In this document: piece after piece, positions 12,993-30,094 of the stretch
How positions within the stretch are numbered: position 1 is the stretch's first letter
Layout: each line of letters begins with the position of its first letter
Assembly: GCA_964016885.1 (NCBI GenBank)
Contig: CAXHJY010000798.1
Coordinates: forward strand, 1-40,992
Reading direction: 5' to 3'
DNA length: 40,992 nucleotides
Source: Eledone cirrhosa
Taxonomy: Eukaryota
Position numbers and translations under genes: made by a program
Notes under the pieces: generated by a model
Database searches by the model: none
What the model saw: the letters and a program-made list of their open reading frames with translations, nothing else
Told to the model about the DNA's origin: nothing

Positions 12993-13754
12993 TGATTTGT
13001 TTCGTTACCTTCTTTAGTTAATTTCTGTGAGCAAGATATGATTTCCTGACGGTGGGTAGTGATACAAAAATATGGGGGGGGGGGGTCTTAGTGGAGGGAA
13101 AATTTGAGTAGAAGCAAGAGGGATTGAAAATCAGCGCTACGAAGACTGAGACTCTCGTCTTCTTAAGAAAACCAGCACAGTGCACTCCACGTGTGATTGG
13201 GAACTACACTGGATCAGGTGAAAAAGTTCAAGAAACTGGGAGCCGTGTCAAGCACCTAATATGTAATTATCAATGTCCATCACGTGGTTGTTAATTAGAA
13301 CTTTTAGCGATTAATTAGAAAATAATTCAATGGGAATTATGAGAAGTTAACTATATAATTCCGTGTCCCTGATTAGCCAACGCCCTCGCCCTCTCCCCCA
13401 CTCCATCGTATTTAAATTACTGATCAAATTGGTTTCAACCGTATAAGATTTGCTTCGTTCTACACCTGCGACAGGGGAACTGTTAATTAGGAGGTAATCA
13501 TTTAATCTAAATCTTCTTAAAATCAGATCTTGGTTATCTAAAGATGATTTAGAGACTCCATATTCCAGCGGAACATTCGGCTGTGGGTCACGGTTTCGAA
13601 TCATGCCCTAGCAGTGTAAAAGAAAAAAAAAGACACAATGCATAATGAAGTCAAAGGTACAGGAGGTTTGCAAAATGGCGGAATTGTCACGACTGGAATG
13701 CTTTTAGTTCATAGTTTATCTCGATCAAGCCTGATCTAGGGCTAAACAACAGCA

Positions 13755-15432
<1,678 letters not shown>

Positions 15433-15668
15433 CACAGAAACGTACAAACACACTATATCCTTATTATCAGAAATATGCCTCCTCCCCCCCCTCCTCCCCC
15501 CTCCCCCATCTCTTACCCCTCCTCCCTTTCATCAGGTGTCTACTTAATTAAACACTGACTCTATATTAAATGTGTTAGTCATCTAATTAAATGAGCTTCC
15601 CTCATCTCTCACCACGCCCTCCCTCACCACTACCACACTCCCCTTCATCCCACCTCCCTTATCACTTC

Positions 15669-15695
15669 ATATATATATATATATTGTATATATAT

Positions 15696-15737
<42 letters not shown>

Positions 15738-15844
15738 ATATATATATATATATATATATTGTATATATATATTGTATATATATATATATATATATATATT
15801 GTATATATATATTGTATATATATATATATATATTGTATATATAT

Positions 15845-15890
<46 letters not shown>

Positions 15891-15925
15891 ATATATATAT
15901 ATATATATATATATTGTATATATAT

Positions 15926-15961
<36 letters not shown>

Positions 15962-16056
15962 ATATATATATTGTATATATATATATATATATATATATTG
16001 TATATATATATTGTATATATATATATATATATTGTATATATATATTGTATATATAT

Positions 16057-16094
<38 letters not shown>

Positions 16095-16102
16095 ATATAT
16101 AT

Positions 16103-16142
<40 letters not shown>

Positions 16143-16150
16143 ATATATAT

Positions 16151-16181
<31 letters not shown>

Positions 16182-16279
16182 TGTATATATATATTGTATA
16201 TATATATATATATATATATATTGTATATATATATTGTATATATATATATATATATTGTATATATATATTGTATATATAT

Positions 16280-16317
<38 letters not shown>

Positions 16318-16338
16318 ATATATATATTGTATATATAT

Positions 16339-16380
<42 letters not shown>

Positions 16381-16388
16381 ATATATAT

Positions 16389-16419
<31 letters not shown>

Positions 16420-16464
16420 TGTATATATATATTGTATATATATATATATATATTGTATATATAT

Positions 16465-16502
<38 letters not shown>

Positions 16503-16616
16503 TTGTATATATATATTGTATATATATATATATATTGTATATATATATTGTATATATATATATATATATTGTATATATCTATTGTATATACCTCTACCTA
16601 TATATTGTATATATAT

Positions 16617-16666
<50 letters not shown>

Positions 16667-16674
16667 ATATATAT

Positions 16675-16728
<54 letters not shown>

Positions 16729-16736
16729 ATATATAT

Positions 16737-16788
<52 letters not shown>

Positions 16789-16796
16789 ATATATAT

Positions 16797-16844
<48 letters not shown>

Positions 16845-16853
16845 ATATATATA
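15669..16853. repeat. (TA)n array punctuated by TTG, often as a TTG(TA)5TTG doublet
   Basis: Direct inspection. Confidence 0.95.
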
Positions 16854-17018
16854 ATAATAATACAAGGACGGTTTGTTAAGACTTCATGACGTTTATTGAT
16901 TAGTGACGCGCGTTTCGCGATTGATCAGCTCAAGGTTCGATCTGTATCGACCTGGCCCGACTCTGGAATCAAAAGCTCGTCCGACCTCTGTTGTAGTAAT
17001 GTCTCCCTGGATATATAA

Positions 17019-17228
17019 GAGGGTAAACTCAAAAGATCATAGGCTGACCAAGATACTCTCATGGAATGACCAAATGAGGTGTGTCCTTTTTTTCATTTTT
17101 CAACATTTTTCCCTCGAAAGGGACAATGCATTTATTAATAAGAAGAGTTGAAGTTTAATGCATGCAAGATTTCACTGCCCTAGCATCACTCATTCATAGT
17201 TAGCTTGTGAACCTTTTAGCTGACCATC

Positions 17229-17230
<2 letters not shown>
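17019..17230. mobile_element. Mariner-like MITE
   Basis: Ends GAGGGTAAACTCAAAAGATCA / TGAACCTTTTAGCTGACCATCG resemble decayed TIRs; shares CTGACCAAG.TACTCTCATGGAATGACCAAATGAG with 18228-18385. Confidence 0.6.
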
Positions 17231-17311
<81 letters not shown>

Positions 17312-17473
17312 TGTGTGTGTGTCAACGTAACAGCGACGATGTATTTTTATAGTGCAGAAATTTGGTGCATGCGGATTCGGCGAAACTGCAGTCAGGACTT
17401 TAAAGAAAAACTAGGTATATTTTTGTCTATTATTTCCTCGTATTTTTAATTTTAAATATATATATATATATAT

Positions 17474-18075
17474 GGTGGCTGCCAACTCGTTTTCGAGTAC
17501 GGCCACTACTTTATATCCATGTAGGAGAACCCCTACCAATGCGCTGAACGAGTGTGACTTTTTAGTCCAGCCAGTGACTTGAAAACTCTGGTACAAACAC
17601 TACACTTGTGACAATTATTGACACACAGTGCTGGACCCATGGTACCATGTGACGACAAGTGCAGAGAGATCTCCAGATATAAAGCAATGCCTGTGCCGTG
17701 AAGCTTTTATAGTGAGCAAAGGCACTGCACAAAGCCAGTCCCACTCTCTTAACCAAGATGATATTTACCAAAAAGAAGAACAAGTCAACATCATTGGATA
17801 CCATCAGGGTTGCAGGTGTTATATCAGAGTTTTCCTTCTCCTAGAATTCTGCCTTGACAAAGGCTAAGGGGTCATCTCTCCCAGTGATTTTGGATGGCCA
17901 TTGACTCTTAAGAGCTCCTTTGCCCTTTGACAGGTTTTGTTTTTAGTCCTGCAGGATGTCCAAAGTCAGCCTCCTCACCAAGAAACCTTGGTGGGGTTGC
18001 CAGTTTAGTCGCCAACGACCCGACCATGAGACAGGTTGTACTGGGATACATGTTACCAGTAGCACCAACTAGTGA
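17474..18075 (-). mobile_element. Non-autonomous RTE-derived element (5'UTR-like region joined to an RTE 3' tail)
   Basis: Minus strand carries CTAGGAGAAGGAAAACTCTG, which I recognise from RTE 5' regions, and ends in GCCGTACTCGAAAACGAGTTGGCAGCCA, matching 4905-4950. Confidence 0.55.
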
Positions 18076-18091
18076 CCTGACATAATACATA

Positions 18092-18166
<75 letters not shown>

Positions 18167-18183
18167 ATATACACGAGGGTAGA

Positions 18184-18219
<36 letters not shown>

Positions 18220-18227
18220 TATATACA

Positions 18228-18385
18228 CGAGGGTAGACTGAACAAGTTCAAAGACTGACCAAGCTACTCTCATGGAATGACCAAATGAGATATATTTTCC
18301 AACATAGTCTTTAATAAGAAAAGATGAAGTTTAATTCCTGCAAAATTTCACAGCTCTAGCATCACTCCTACATAGTCAGCCTATC
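18228..18385. mobile_element. Second, internally deleted copy of the mariner-like MITE; its left end is locally duplicated at 18172-18187
   Basis: Homology to 17019-17230; CACGAGGGTAGACTG occurs twice. Confidence 0.6.
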
Positions 18386-18600
18386 AAATTGTTATCCAAA
18401 CCGCATATATGCAACTGAATATACCATTTTTCAGCCAATAAAAACAAGGACTTGGCAAGTTTAAAAATAAATTATTCCAGTACTTTGCAGTCTTTGTCTC
18501 CGCACTTGTCTCTTCATCTGTTTTCTTTAATAAGAATTATTTTACGAAGTATAAGCTACGCTATATAAAGTACGTTATATATTAAGCTAGGAGACGAAAT

Positions 18601-18814
18601 TAGATTTGCAAGCATTACTTAATATTGGAAACATGGAGAATGTTGAAGTCAATAAGTCTAATAGAATATATTGCAACACACAAACACACACATATATATA
18701 TATATGTGTGTGTGTGTGAGTGTGTGTGTGTTCGTGTGTTGCAATATATTCTATTAGATATATTGACTTCAACATTTCCCATGTTTCCAATATTAAGTAA
18801 TGCTTGCAAATCTA
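18601..18814. repeat. Palindrome with arms of about 100 bp centred on a CA/TA/TG microsatellite
   Basis: TAGATTTGCAAGCATTACTTAATATTGGAAACATGG... / ...CCATGTTTCCAATATTAAGTAATGCTTGCAAATCTA. Confidence 0.92.
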
Positions 18815-18829
18815 TAATATATATGCAAT

Positions 18830-19031
18830 ATATTCCCTCCGAAGAAGAGATATTATCTCGAAATTTAAGGACATTTAAATAAATCTAAGGTAAAAGACTC
18901 ATTGTCAACAATATCTTTTGTATTTGCATTCTTTATTCTATGTCCATACCTGCATTGTTTTGGCTTTATTATACATATACAAACGTTTATACCTCATTAC
19001 ACAATGCTTCAAGTGAACTATAACCTCCTCC
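18830..19031 (+). mobile_element. pLTR-like element with a degenerate hammerhead (18836-18870) and a conserved CAATGCTTCAAG 3' end
   Basis: CCT-CCGAAGA-A-GAGAT att ATCTC-GAAA-TT-TA-AGG; ends ACAATGCTTCAAGTGAACTATAACCTCCTCC then (TA)n. Confidence 0.65.
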
Positions 19032-19059
19032 ATATATATATACATATATATATATATGC

Positions 19060-19234
<175 letters not shown>

Positions 19235-19235
19235 C

Positions 19236-19280
<45 letters not shown>

Positions 19281-19400
19281 AGGGTGGATTCTGCAGGATG
19301 TTGCAGTAGGTGTTCGAAGAGTAAGCTACAGGGAGCTGAGAGTGAGAAGCTATAAATATGATAGACTATGACCGAGAGAAAGGTTTTCTGTTCTATTATT

Positions 19401-19589
19401 GTGGATTGGCACTATCGGTAGAGGGTCGGACGCCATGCTTTCCAGCATAGTTACGTCCCTTTACGGCCTGAGTACAAATCCCGCCGAGGTTGACTTTGCC
19501 TTTCATCCTTACGGGGTCGATAAAATAAAGTACCAGTAATGCACTGGGTAATTTATGGCCTTGTGCCTAAAGTAGAAACAATTATTAAT
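19401..19589 (+). mobile_element. Octopus-type tRNA-derived SINE
   Basis: A box TGGCACTATCGG, B box GAGTACAAATCC (one mismatch), body CGAGGTTGACTTTGCCTTTCATCCTTACGGGGTCGATAAAATAAAGTACCAG. Confidence 0.9.
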
Positions 19590-19639
19590 TTAGATGAAGC
19601 TGGAGATGTAGGATGGGGAGTTGCTTGGGATACACTAAC

Positions 19640-19693
<54 letters not shown>

Positions 19694-19803
19694 ATGTATA
19701 TATATATATATATATGTATATAGACTATCCGGGAGCTCCCAACAGTAATGGTTGCATTTTTTAAGGGTATGTCAATATTTATTTATAAAACTGATCTATA
19801 TTA

Positions 19804-19868
19804 TATTTTATCTGATGAAAGCACACCATAATTTAACTTGATGTTCCTGAAATATGTATAATGAAATA
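19804..19868 (+). ncRNA. Type I hammerhead (TATTTTAT stem I family)
   Basis: TATTTTAT-CTGATGA-(imperfect stem II)-GAAA-TATGTA-TA-ATGAAATA. Confidence 0.75.
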
Positions 19869-20005
19869 AATATGGTTTTATAAATATAGTTTCCATTTGT
19901 TAATATCGTGTATCTACTCCAAATACTTGTCGAGTGCTTTATATCAGTTATAAAAATATTTGCTTGTTGTATCCCAACAATTTAAATAGAACTTTTACAT
20001 ATATA

Positions 20006-20101
<96 letters not shown>

Positions 20102-20260
20102 AATGTACTTTCTGTCAGTTCTCTTAATTGTCAATATCTATTCTTTCCATATATTCCAATATATTCCACAACTCCTGTTTGACTGTCAGAGCAGTTTTAA
20201 GAGACTTCAGTCGTTCCTTTATCTTCCCACTCTACTTCTACTTCATAGTCACATTGTTTA

Positions 20261-20347
<87 letters not shown>

Positions 20348-20568
20348 TGCGTATATGTAGCAGAGTTTCTGTGTGAGATGTGTACTGAGTTCATAAGTGA
20401 GTGTGTATGTATATGTGTGTTTGCGTATGTGTTTGCATGTTTGAATATGTGTTTGTGTGTTTGCATGTTTTATAGTGACTCTCCTTATTACTGTGAGTGT
20501 GCAATGTGTGTATATATGTATATATATATATATTTGTATATCTATTTATATATGAATATATATAAATA

Positions 20569-20622
<54 letters not shown>

Positions 20623-20626
<4 letters not shown>

Positions 20627-20843
20627 CTAGTCGATCGACTTTCGTCAAATCGGACCGAGGAAACTATGTTTCCGTTGGTCTTTCCAATTGCTAATACTAT
20701 CTATCGGTCGCAACTCCAGGTAGAAGGAGCAACGTGAAATAAAGTGTCTTGCTCAAGGACATAACGCATCGCCTGGTTCAGGAATCGAACTCACAACCTC
20801 ACGATTGTGAATCCAATACTCTAACCACTCAGCCACACGCCTT
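20623..20843 (-). mobile_element. Chimeric SINE: tRNA head, CORE-like domain and a tail ending in a half hammerhead
   Basis: Minus strand: A box TGGCTGAGTGG, B box GAGTTCGATTCC, CORE-like TGTCCTTGAGCAAGACACTT, tail GAC-GAAA-GTCGATCGAC-TA-GAATA; identical to 38299-38519. Confidence 0.8.
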
Positions 20844-21330
20844 CATATATATATATATTAGGGTGGCCCTTATCAATAAGTAATGTTCCGACAGTTACAG
20901 CAGTTTAGATGCTCCCACCCAGTAAACATGTTCCAATCAAGAAAAACACGGGATGTGCAAAATTTCAGCTGAAACGAATAACTGTTAGACGAACCTCAAA
21001 CTCCTTGGAGTTGGAACATAGTATACGCAACGATTAATTCTGTTCAAAAGCGGTATACTGTTCTCAACCTTTTTCTTTTTTTCTTCTTAGAGAAATTTAT
21101 GTGGACACATCTAGGCAACCCCAGCAAATGTTTTAAAACGTACTGAATCAAATTACCAATGGTTAATTTGAAAATTTCCTGAAATGACATGAAAAACTTA
21201 TGAAATATTAGGTTTTCTTAAAACCTAACTTCTATAGGAGAAACGCATTTTTATTTACAACAATAAGTTCTATAGAATCAAAAACATATTGTGAACACAA
21301 TACTGAATGTTGAACATTATTTTGGAATAC

Positions 21331-21545
21331 GGGCGGTGGATTGGCAGTATCGGTAGAGGGTCGGACGCCATGCTTTCCAGCATAGTTACGTCCCTTTGCG
21401 GTCTGAGTTCAAATCCCGCCGAGGTTAACTCTGCCTTTTATCCTTACGGGATCGATAAAATAAAGTACCAGTTTGGCACAAGGCCAGCAATTACCCAGTG
21501 GTAACTGGGTAGTTGCTGGCCTTGTGCCAAAAGTAGAAACAATCA
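21331..21545 (+). mobile_element. Octopus-type tRNA-derived SINE with an internal inverted duplication in its tail
   Basis: A box TGGCAGTATCGG, B box GAGTTCAAATCC; hairpin 21472-21499 / 21504-21531. Confidence 0.9.
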
Positions 21546-21656
21546 TTTTGGCATAAGAGAGGATTTAGTGGCAGTTGAGTATGTTTTACAGTTTTCGGTA
21601 GCGGTATGTAAAACAAATTGTTTCTTAGTTTCATCTTTTGCGAGAATGTTATTGTA

Positions 21657-21836
21657 GGCAGTATCGGTAGGGGGTCGGACGCCATGCTTTCCAGCATAGT
21701 TACGTCCCTTTACGGTCTGAGTTCAAATCCTGCCGAGGTTGACTTTGCCTTTCATCCTTACGGGGTCGATAAAATAAAGTACCAGTAATGCACTGGATAA
21801 TTGCTGGCCTTGTGCCTAAAGTAGAAACAGTTATTA
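21657..21836 (+). mobile_element. Octopus-type tRNA-derived SINE inserted in the transposase ORF
   Basis: Highly similar to the 19401 and 21331 copies; TSD-like GTTATTGTA (21648) / GTTATTATA (21830). Confidence 0.92.
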
Positions 21837-22129
21837 TAATCCTGAATGAGTTTGACACCTCTTTCTGCAACATCATTCACAACAACTGCCTTCTCAAGTT
21901 TTTCGAGTCCACTTTTGTAACCAGGATCATCCTTCCATGCTGAAGGGTCTTTGTCGAGGAAATTAGTGCTGATAGAAAATCTCGTGAAGAAAGTTTTTGT
22001 ACCAGGAGATATTTGTAAAGGAAGAAAAGTCATTTTAGTGCAGAATGTACCTCTTCAGTTGATTTTTTTTATTCTTCACTTCTTCCCTTTTGTCTGCTTC
22101 CAGTATAACTTGAACAATATTTGCCTTAA

Positions 22130-22682
22130 CCTCTCCTTGCCCTCCTTTTCTCATTGCTCTCATGTTCTCACTACTCTCCTTTTTTCATTGCCCTCCTTGC
22201 TCTCCTTTCTCATTGCTCTCCTTGCTCTCCTTTCTCATTGTTCTCCTTGCTCTGCTTTTCTCATTGCTCTTCTTGCTCTCCTTTTCTCATTGCTCTTCTT
22301 GCTCTCCTTTCTCATTGCCCCCCTTGCTCTCCTTTCTCATTGCCCTCCTTTCTCATTGCTCTTCTTGCTCTCCTTTTCTCATTGCTCTTCTTGCTCTCCT
22401 TTCTCATTGCCCTCCTTGCTCTCCTTTCTCATTGCCCTCCTTTCTCATTGCTCTTCTTGCTCTCCTTTCTCTCCTTTTTCATTGCGCTTCTTGCTCTCCT
22501 TTCTCATTGCTCTTCTTGCTCTCCTCTTCTTATTGCTCTCCTTTTCTCATTGCTCTTCTTCCTCTCCTTTTCTCATTGCCCTCCTTGCTCTCCTTTCTCT
22601 TCTTGCTCTCCTTTTCTCTTTGCCCTCCTTGTCTCATTGCTCTCCTTTTCTCCTTACTCTCCTTTTCTCCCCCTTTCTCCTT
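22130..22682. repeat. Pyrimidine-rich minisatellite with a variable unit of about 23-26 bp
   Basis: Unit resembles TTTCTCATTGCTCTTCTTGCTCTCC; the Leu/Ser-rich ORFs here are artefacts. Confidence 0.92.
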
Positions 22683-22851
22683 GTATATATGTACTTGTTT
22701 ATATACAAATACAATGAGAAAAGGGGAGCAAGGAGAAATATGAAAGCAAGGATAGTAAGGAAACTATATATATACATTATATATATATATATATAAATTA
22801 ATAAAAACAATGAATAAAAACAAAGAACAAGTTCCTTATATTAAAAAATTC

Positions 22852-22983
22852 ATCATTTTACGATCGTTTCTAGGATGTATATGTGTGTTGGTATGTATAT
22901 CATATAGATCTATGTAAAAATATGACAAACTATCAGAGGAAATATACATACCTTCACATATATATGCTGTCTTCAGAAATGAT
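22852..22983 (-). ncRNA. Type I hammerhead with a very long stem II
   Basis: ATCATTT-CTGAAGA-(about 100 nt including TATATGTG/CACATATA and GGTATGTATAT/ATATACATACC)-GAAA-CGATCG-TA-AAATGAT. Confidence 0.8.
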
Positions 22984-23180
22984 TTGATTTGTTTATTGAA
23001 AAAAAACAACAAAGATTTAATATAATAAATTAATATTATATTAAATAAAATTTAATATAATCTGTTTTCCTATGATTTTCATCGAAAATGTTTGAATGCA
23101 TCTTCTCTTTTCATGATATTTGGATTACATTGAGTTCTTCATACGGATTGGACACTACCGTATATTTTGGTAGATTTATC

Positions 23181-23220
<40 letters not shown>

Positions 23221-23247
23221 TATATATATATATATATATATGAGAGT

Positions 23248-23327
23248 CTTCCCTGACGACGGAATGATTCTATATGTTTTCTTTGGAAAATATATTTATT
23301 CCATTCCAGAAACTAATTAGTTGGAAG
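23248..23327 (+). ncRNA. Type I hammerhead with palindromic stem III
   Basis: CTTCC-CTGACGA-C-GGAATG...CATTCC-A-GAAA-CTAATTAG-TT-GGAAG. Confidence 0.85.
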
Positions 23328-23464
23328 TGATATTTTAGTAAGTAAGTTAATTTAATAATTTTCTTATTTTACGCCTCTCATATTATTGTTCTGCCACCCC
23401 TTGCATTGAACCACAAAGTTACTAAGACAAAACCTATATATTTGCTAGCATTGATATGCATCTG

Positions 23465-23536
<72 letters not shown>

Positions 23537-23540
23537 CATA

Positions 23541-26370
<2,830 letters not shown>

Positions 26371-26429
26371 ATATATATATATATATATAATATAAGATAA
26401 GATCAAAAGATGGTTAAAAGAGTTCCAAG

Positions 26430-26500
26430 TATTTTATTATGCGCATTTCAAAAACAAATATCATCATGAGATGATATCTGCCTTTTCATCAGATAAAATA
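26430..26500 (-). ncRNA. Type I hammerhead, the best-formed example in the window
   Basis: TATTTTAT-CTGATGA-A-AAGGCAGATATCATC tcat GATGATATTTGTTTT-T-GAAA-TGCGCA-TA-ATAAAATA; lies in an element (about 26399-26560) repeated at about 30418-30585. Confidence 0.9.
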
Positions 26501-26728
26501 GGGATACATGATATGAAGGTTAAAAAACACTTGTGAATAGTGAAGTTTTAAATCAACATATATTATCTTATATTATATTATTTATACTCCAGTCCTACAA
26601 ACTGTAGAGTGCTACTTATCCGATATTTGCATTGCTTTATTGTACTACAATAAAACTCACCTCCTACATATATATAAATATATATTACTCAATACCAAGT
26701 ACTCATTTCTTTCAGCTGTCAACCACAT

Positions 26729-26763
<35 letters not shown>

Positions 26764-26768
<5 letters not shown>

Positions 26769-27086
26769 GTTGCCCTTAGCAATAGGTAATTTTCCGAAAG
26801 TTAAAATATTGCAGCTCCCACAGCGAAAAATAGGTGTATGCCTATATCTACACTCTGTCCCCAGCTTTGCAAGTTGCTTTCCCCATTATATTATATAAGA
26901 GATAAAAAAATGTTTATCTAAAAAAATGACTTTCCGGGCGAAAACTTCATACTTTCGCGGTCTATGTGGGTTGCCTTGGAGTTGTCCGCTTGAGCTAAAA
27001 TTTTGCAGAGATTGTTCTTTTGTTAATTGGAACAAGATAGAGGGGAGCTGAACTTTAAGAAAGCTGAAAAATAAGGGCCACGCTAA
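26764..27086. mobile_element. hATm-like MITE
   Basis: TIRs TTAGAGTTGCCCTTA / TAAGGGCCACGCTAA; the left end is homologous to the 20858 terminus. Confidence 0.75.
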
Positions 27087-27155
27087 CATATATATATACA
27101 TATATATATATATAAACGTACACATATATATATATACATATATATATTTAAACAT

Positions 27156-27191
<36 letters not shown>

Positions 27192-27194
<3 letters not shown>

Positions 27195-27378
27195 GGAAAA
27201 AGTATGACCCCCGACGGCAGAGCTCAAGCCGCTTCGCCGGCTATTTCTGAAATAGCCGTCGAAACGGCTTGAGCTCTGCCGTCGGGGTCATACTTTTTCC
27301 TATTACCCACTCTATTACCCTAAGTATTGAGTACTCTGGTGCGTTATGGTCCATATGGTTCCTTACCACAATTCCTTC

Positions 27379-27381
<3 letters not shown>
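27192..27381 (+). mobile_element. Short element with a near-perfect 55-bp-arm terminal hairpin
   Basis: 27192-27247 / 27249-27303 are inverted about a 1-nt centre; the body is homologous (reverse) to 33740-33862. Confidence 0.8.
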
Positions 27382-27417
<36 letters not shown>

Positions 27418-27477
27418 GTACATATATATATATAAACGCACACACATACATATATATATATATATATGTGTGTATAT

Positions 27478-27577
<100 letters not shown>

Positions 27578-27687
27578 GTGTATATATACATACATATATA
27601 TATATATATACATATATATACATACATATATATATATATATACATATATATATATGTGTATATATACATACATATATATATATATAC

Positions 27688-27720
<33 letters not shown>

Positions 27721-27755
27721 CATATATATACATATATATATATACATAGATATAC

Positions 27756-27888
<133 letters not shown>

Positions 27889-28022
27889 TACATATATATA
27901 TATATACACACACCTAACTATATTTCTTGATAGATTTTTATATATTTCAATTTCTATTTCATTTGTCTATATTTTTTTTGATTTTCTTGATGAGTTTTTC
28001 TAAGTATTTACCCATGTTTTAT

Positions 28023-28100
28023 ATTGCCTCGTCTGACGAACGAGTGAAGTCGTTTATTTCGTATTCGCCTCATTCGGGAAACCTCTGGTAATGAGGTAAT
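28023..28100 (+). ncRNA. Type I hammerhead with a 10-bp stem I and GUA cleavage triplet
   Basis: ATTGCCTCGT-CTGACGA-A-CGAGTGA...TCATTCG-G-GAAA-CC tct GG-TA-ATGAGGTAAT, inside a unique island (27911-28205) between microsatellites. Confidence 0.88.
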
Positions 28101-28226
28101 TATATTGTATTGATTTTTATACATTAAATTTTGCTCTGATACTTACATAGAGCACTCTTCATTTCTATGACCTTTTCTGTTTCCAACGGAAATTTAAATA
28201 CTTATAGATATAGATATATATATACA

Positions 28227-28264
<38 letters not shown>

Positions 28265-28312
28265 CATATATATATATATACATACATATATATATATACA
28301 TATATACATACA

Positions 28313-28350
<38 letters not shown>

Positions 28351-28352
28351 CA

Positions 28353-28404
<52 letters not shown>

Positions 28405-28512
28405 CATATATATATATATATACATACATATATATACATATATATATATATACATACATATATATACATATATATATATATACATACATATATATACATA
28501 TATATATATATG

Positions 28513-28548
<36 letters not shown>

Positions 28549-28565
28549 AATATATATATATATAA

Positions 28566-28598
<33 letters not shown>

Positions 28599-28599
28599 A

Positions 28600-28648
<49 letters not shown>

Positions 28649-28682
28649 CATATATATGTATATATACACATACATACATACA

Positions 28683-28743
<61 letters not shown>

Positions 28744-28761
28744 TTATATATATACACACAC

Positions 28762-28809
<48 letters not shown>

Positions 28810-28816
28810 GTGTGTG

Positions 28817-28902
<86 letters not shown>

Positions 28903-29351
28903 CAAGATCTATCACTGATTTCACGTTCAGCATAGTTTTAGCTTCTTGAAAGACATGGTACAAACCTTGAATCTGGGAAAGCAAAGCAGGAGAAATGTCT
29001 TTGACTGGCGTTCTTTCTGCCACTGATTAAAGGCCATTCACGGACATAAACCCGAGCTTATGTGTTCTTTCAAAGATGGAATCAAAAAGCCTTCTGCTAG
29101 CTACAATTGGCTGCAATCAGAAAGATAAGTTCTTTTCTAGGAAAAACATTAAAACACCCTGTACTCATCACCGCCGCCACCTTCACCTCCATTGCTGTTA
29201 CCAACACCACCACCGCCTCGCCTTCCTCTCTCTTCCAATGCTATCTCCATCCTCCATATTGAAATGGTTAACGGCAACACAACACGAGGCCAACATATAT
29301 TTTATCGTTAGCGTTTACACTGACTCATGCTAACACACACGCACACACTCT

Positions 29352-29401
<50 letters not shown>

Positions 29402-29429
29402 CACGTATGTATGTATGTATGTATGTATG

Positions 29430-29461
<32 letters not shown>

Positions 29462-29702
29462 TATACACACGTATATATGTATATGTATGTATATATATAT
29501 ATATATATACATATATATATTTATACGTATATATACATATATATATATCATATATATACACTCACATATTTATACGTATATATACATATATATATATATC
29601 ATATATATACACACACATATATATTTATACGTACATACATATATACATAAATACGTACATACATATATACATATATACGTATATATATATATACATACAT
29701 AT

Positions 29703-29763
<61 letters not shown>

Positions 29764-30006
29764 CATATACACATATATATATATATATATAGACACACAC
29801 ACATTTATACGTACATACATAAATACATACATATACATACATAATAGATATACATATATACGTATATATATATATATTTATATATATATATATATACATA
29901 CATATACATATATACGTGTATATATATATATATATATATATATACATACATATACATATATACGTGTATATATATATATATATACATACATATACATATA
30001 TACGTG

Positions 30007-30037
<31 letters not shown>

Positions 30038-30052
30038 ATACACGTATATATG

Positions 30053-30094
<42 letters not shown>

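Larger units (their letters stand above)
20858..22045 (-). mobile_element. hAT (hATm-like) DNA transposon relic: transposase C-terminus plus terminal repeat, interrupted by two SINEs
   Basis: FFTRFSISTNFLDKDPSAW..VVVNDVAERGVKLIQDYNN resumes beyond the 21657-21836 SINE as YNNILAKDETKKQFVLH...MPK*; terminus TTAGGGTGGCCCTTA at 20858. Confidence 0.75.

Noticed and set aside
20765-20843. tRNA gene
   Set aside because: A and B boxes are present but continue into a CORE-like SINE body with no proper acceptor stem.
28910-29030. Peptide [35 protein letters not shown] as an exon or transposase piece
   Set aside because: Too short, no diagnostic motif, and it runs into microsatellite.
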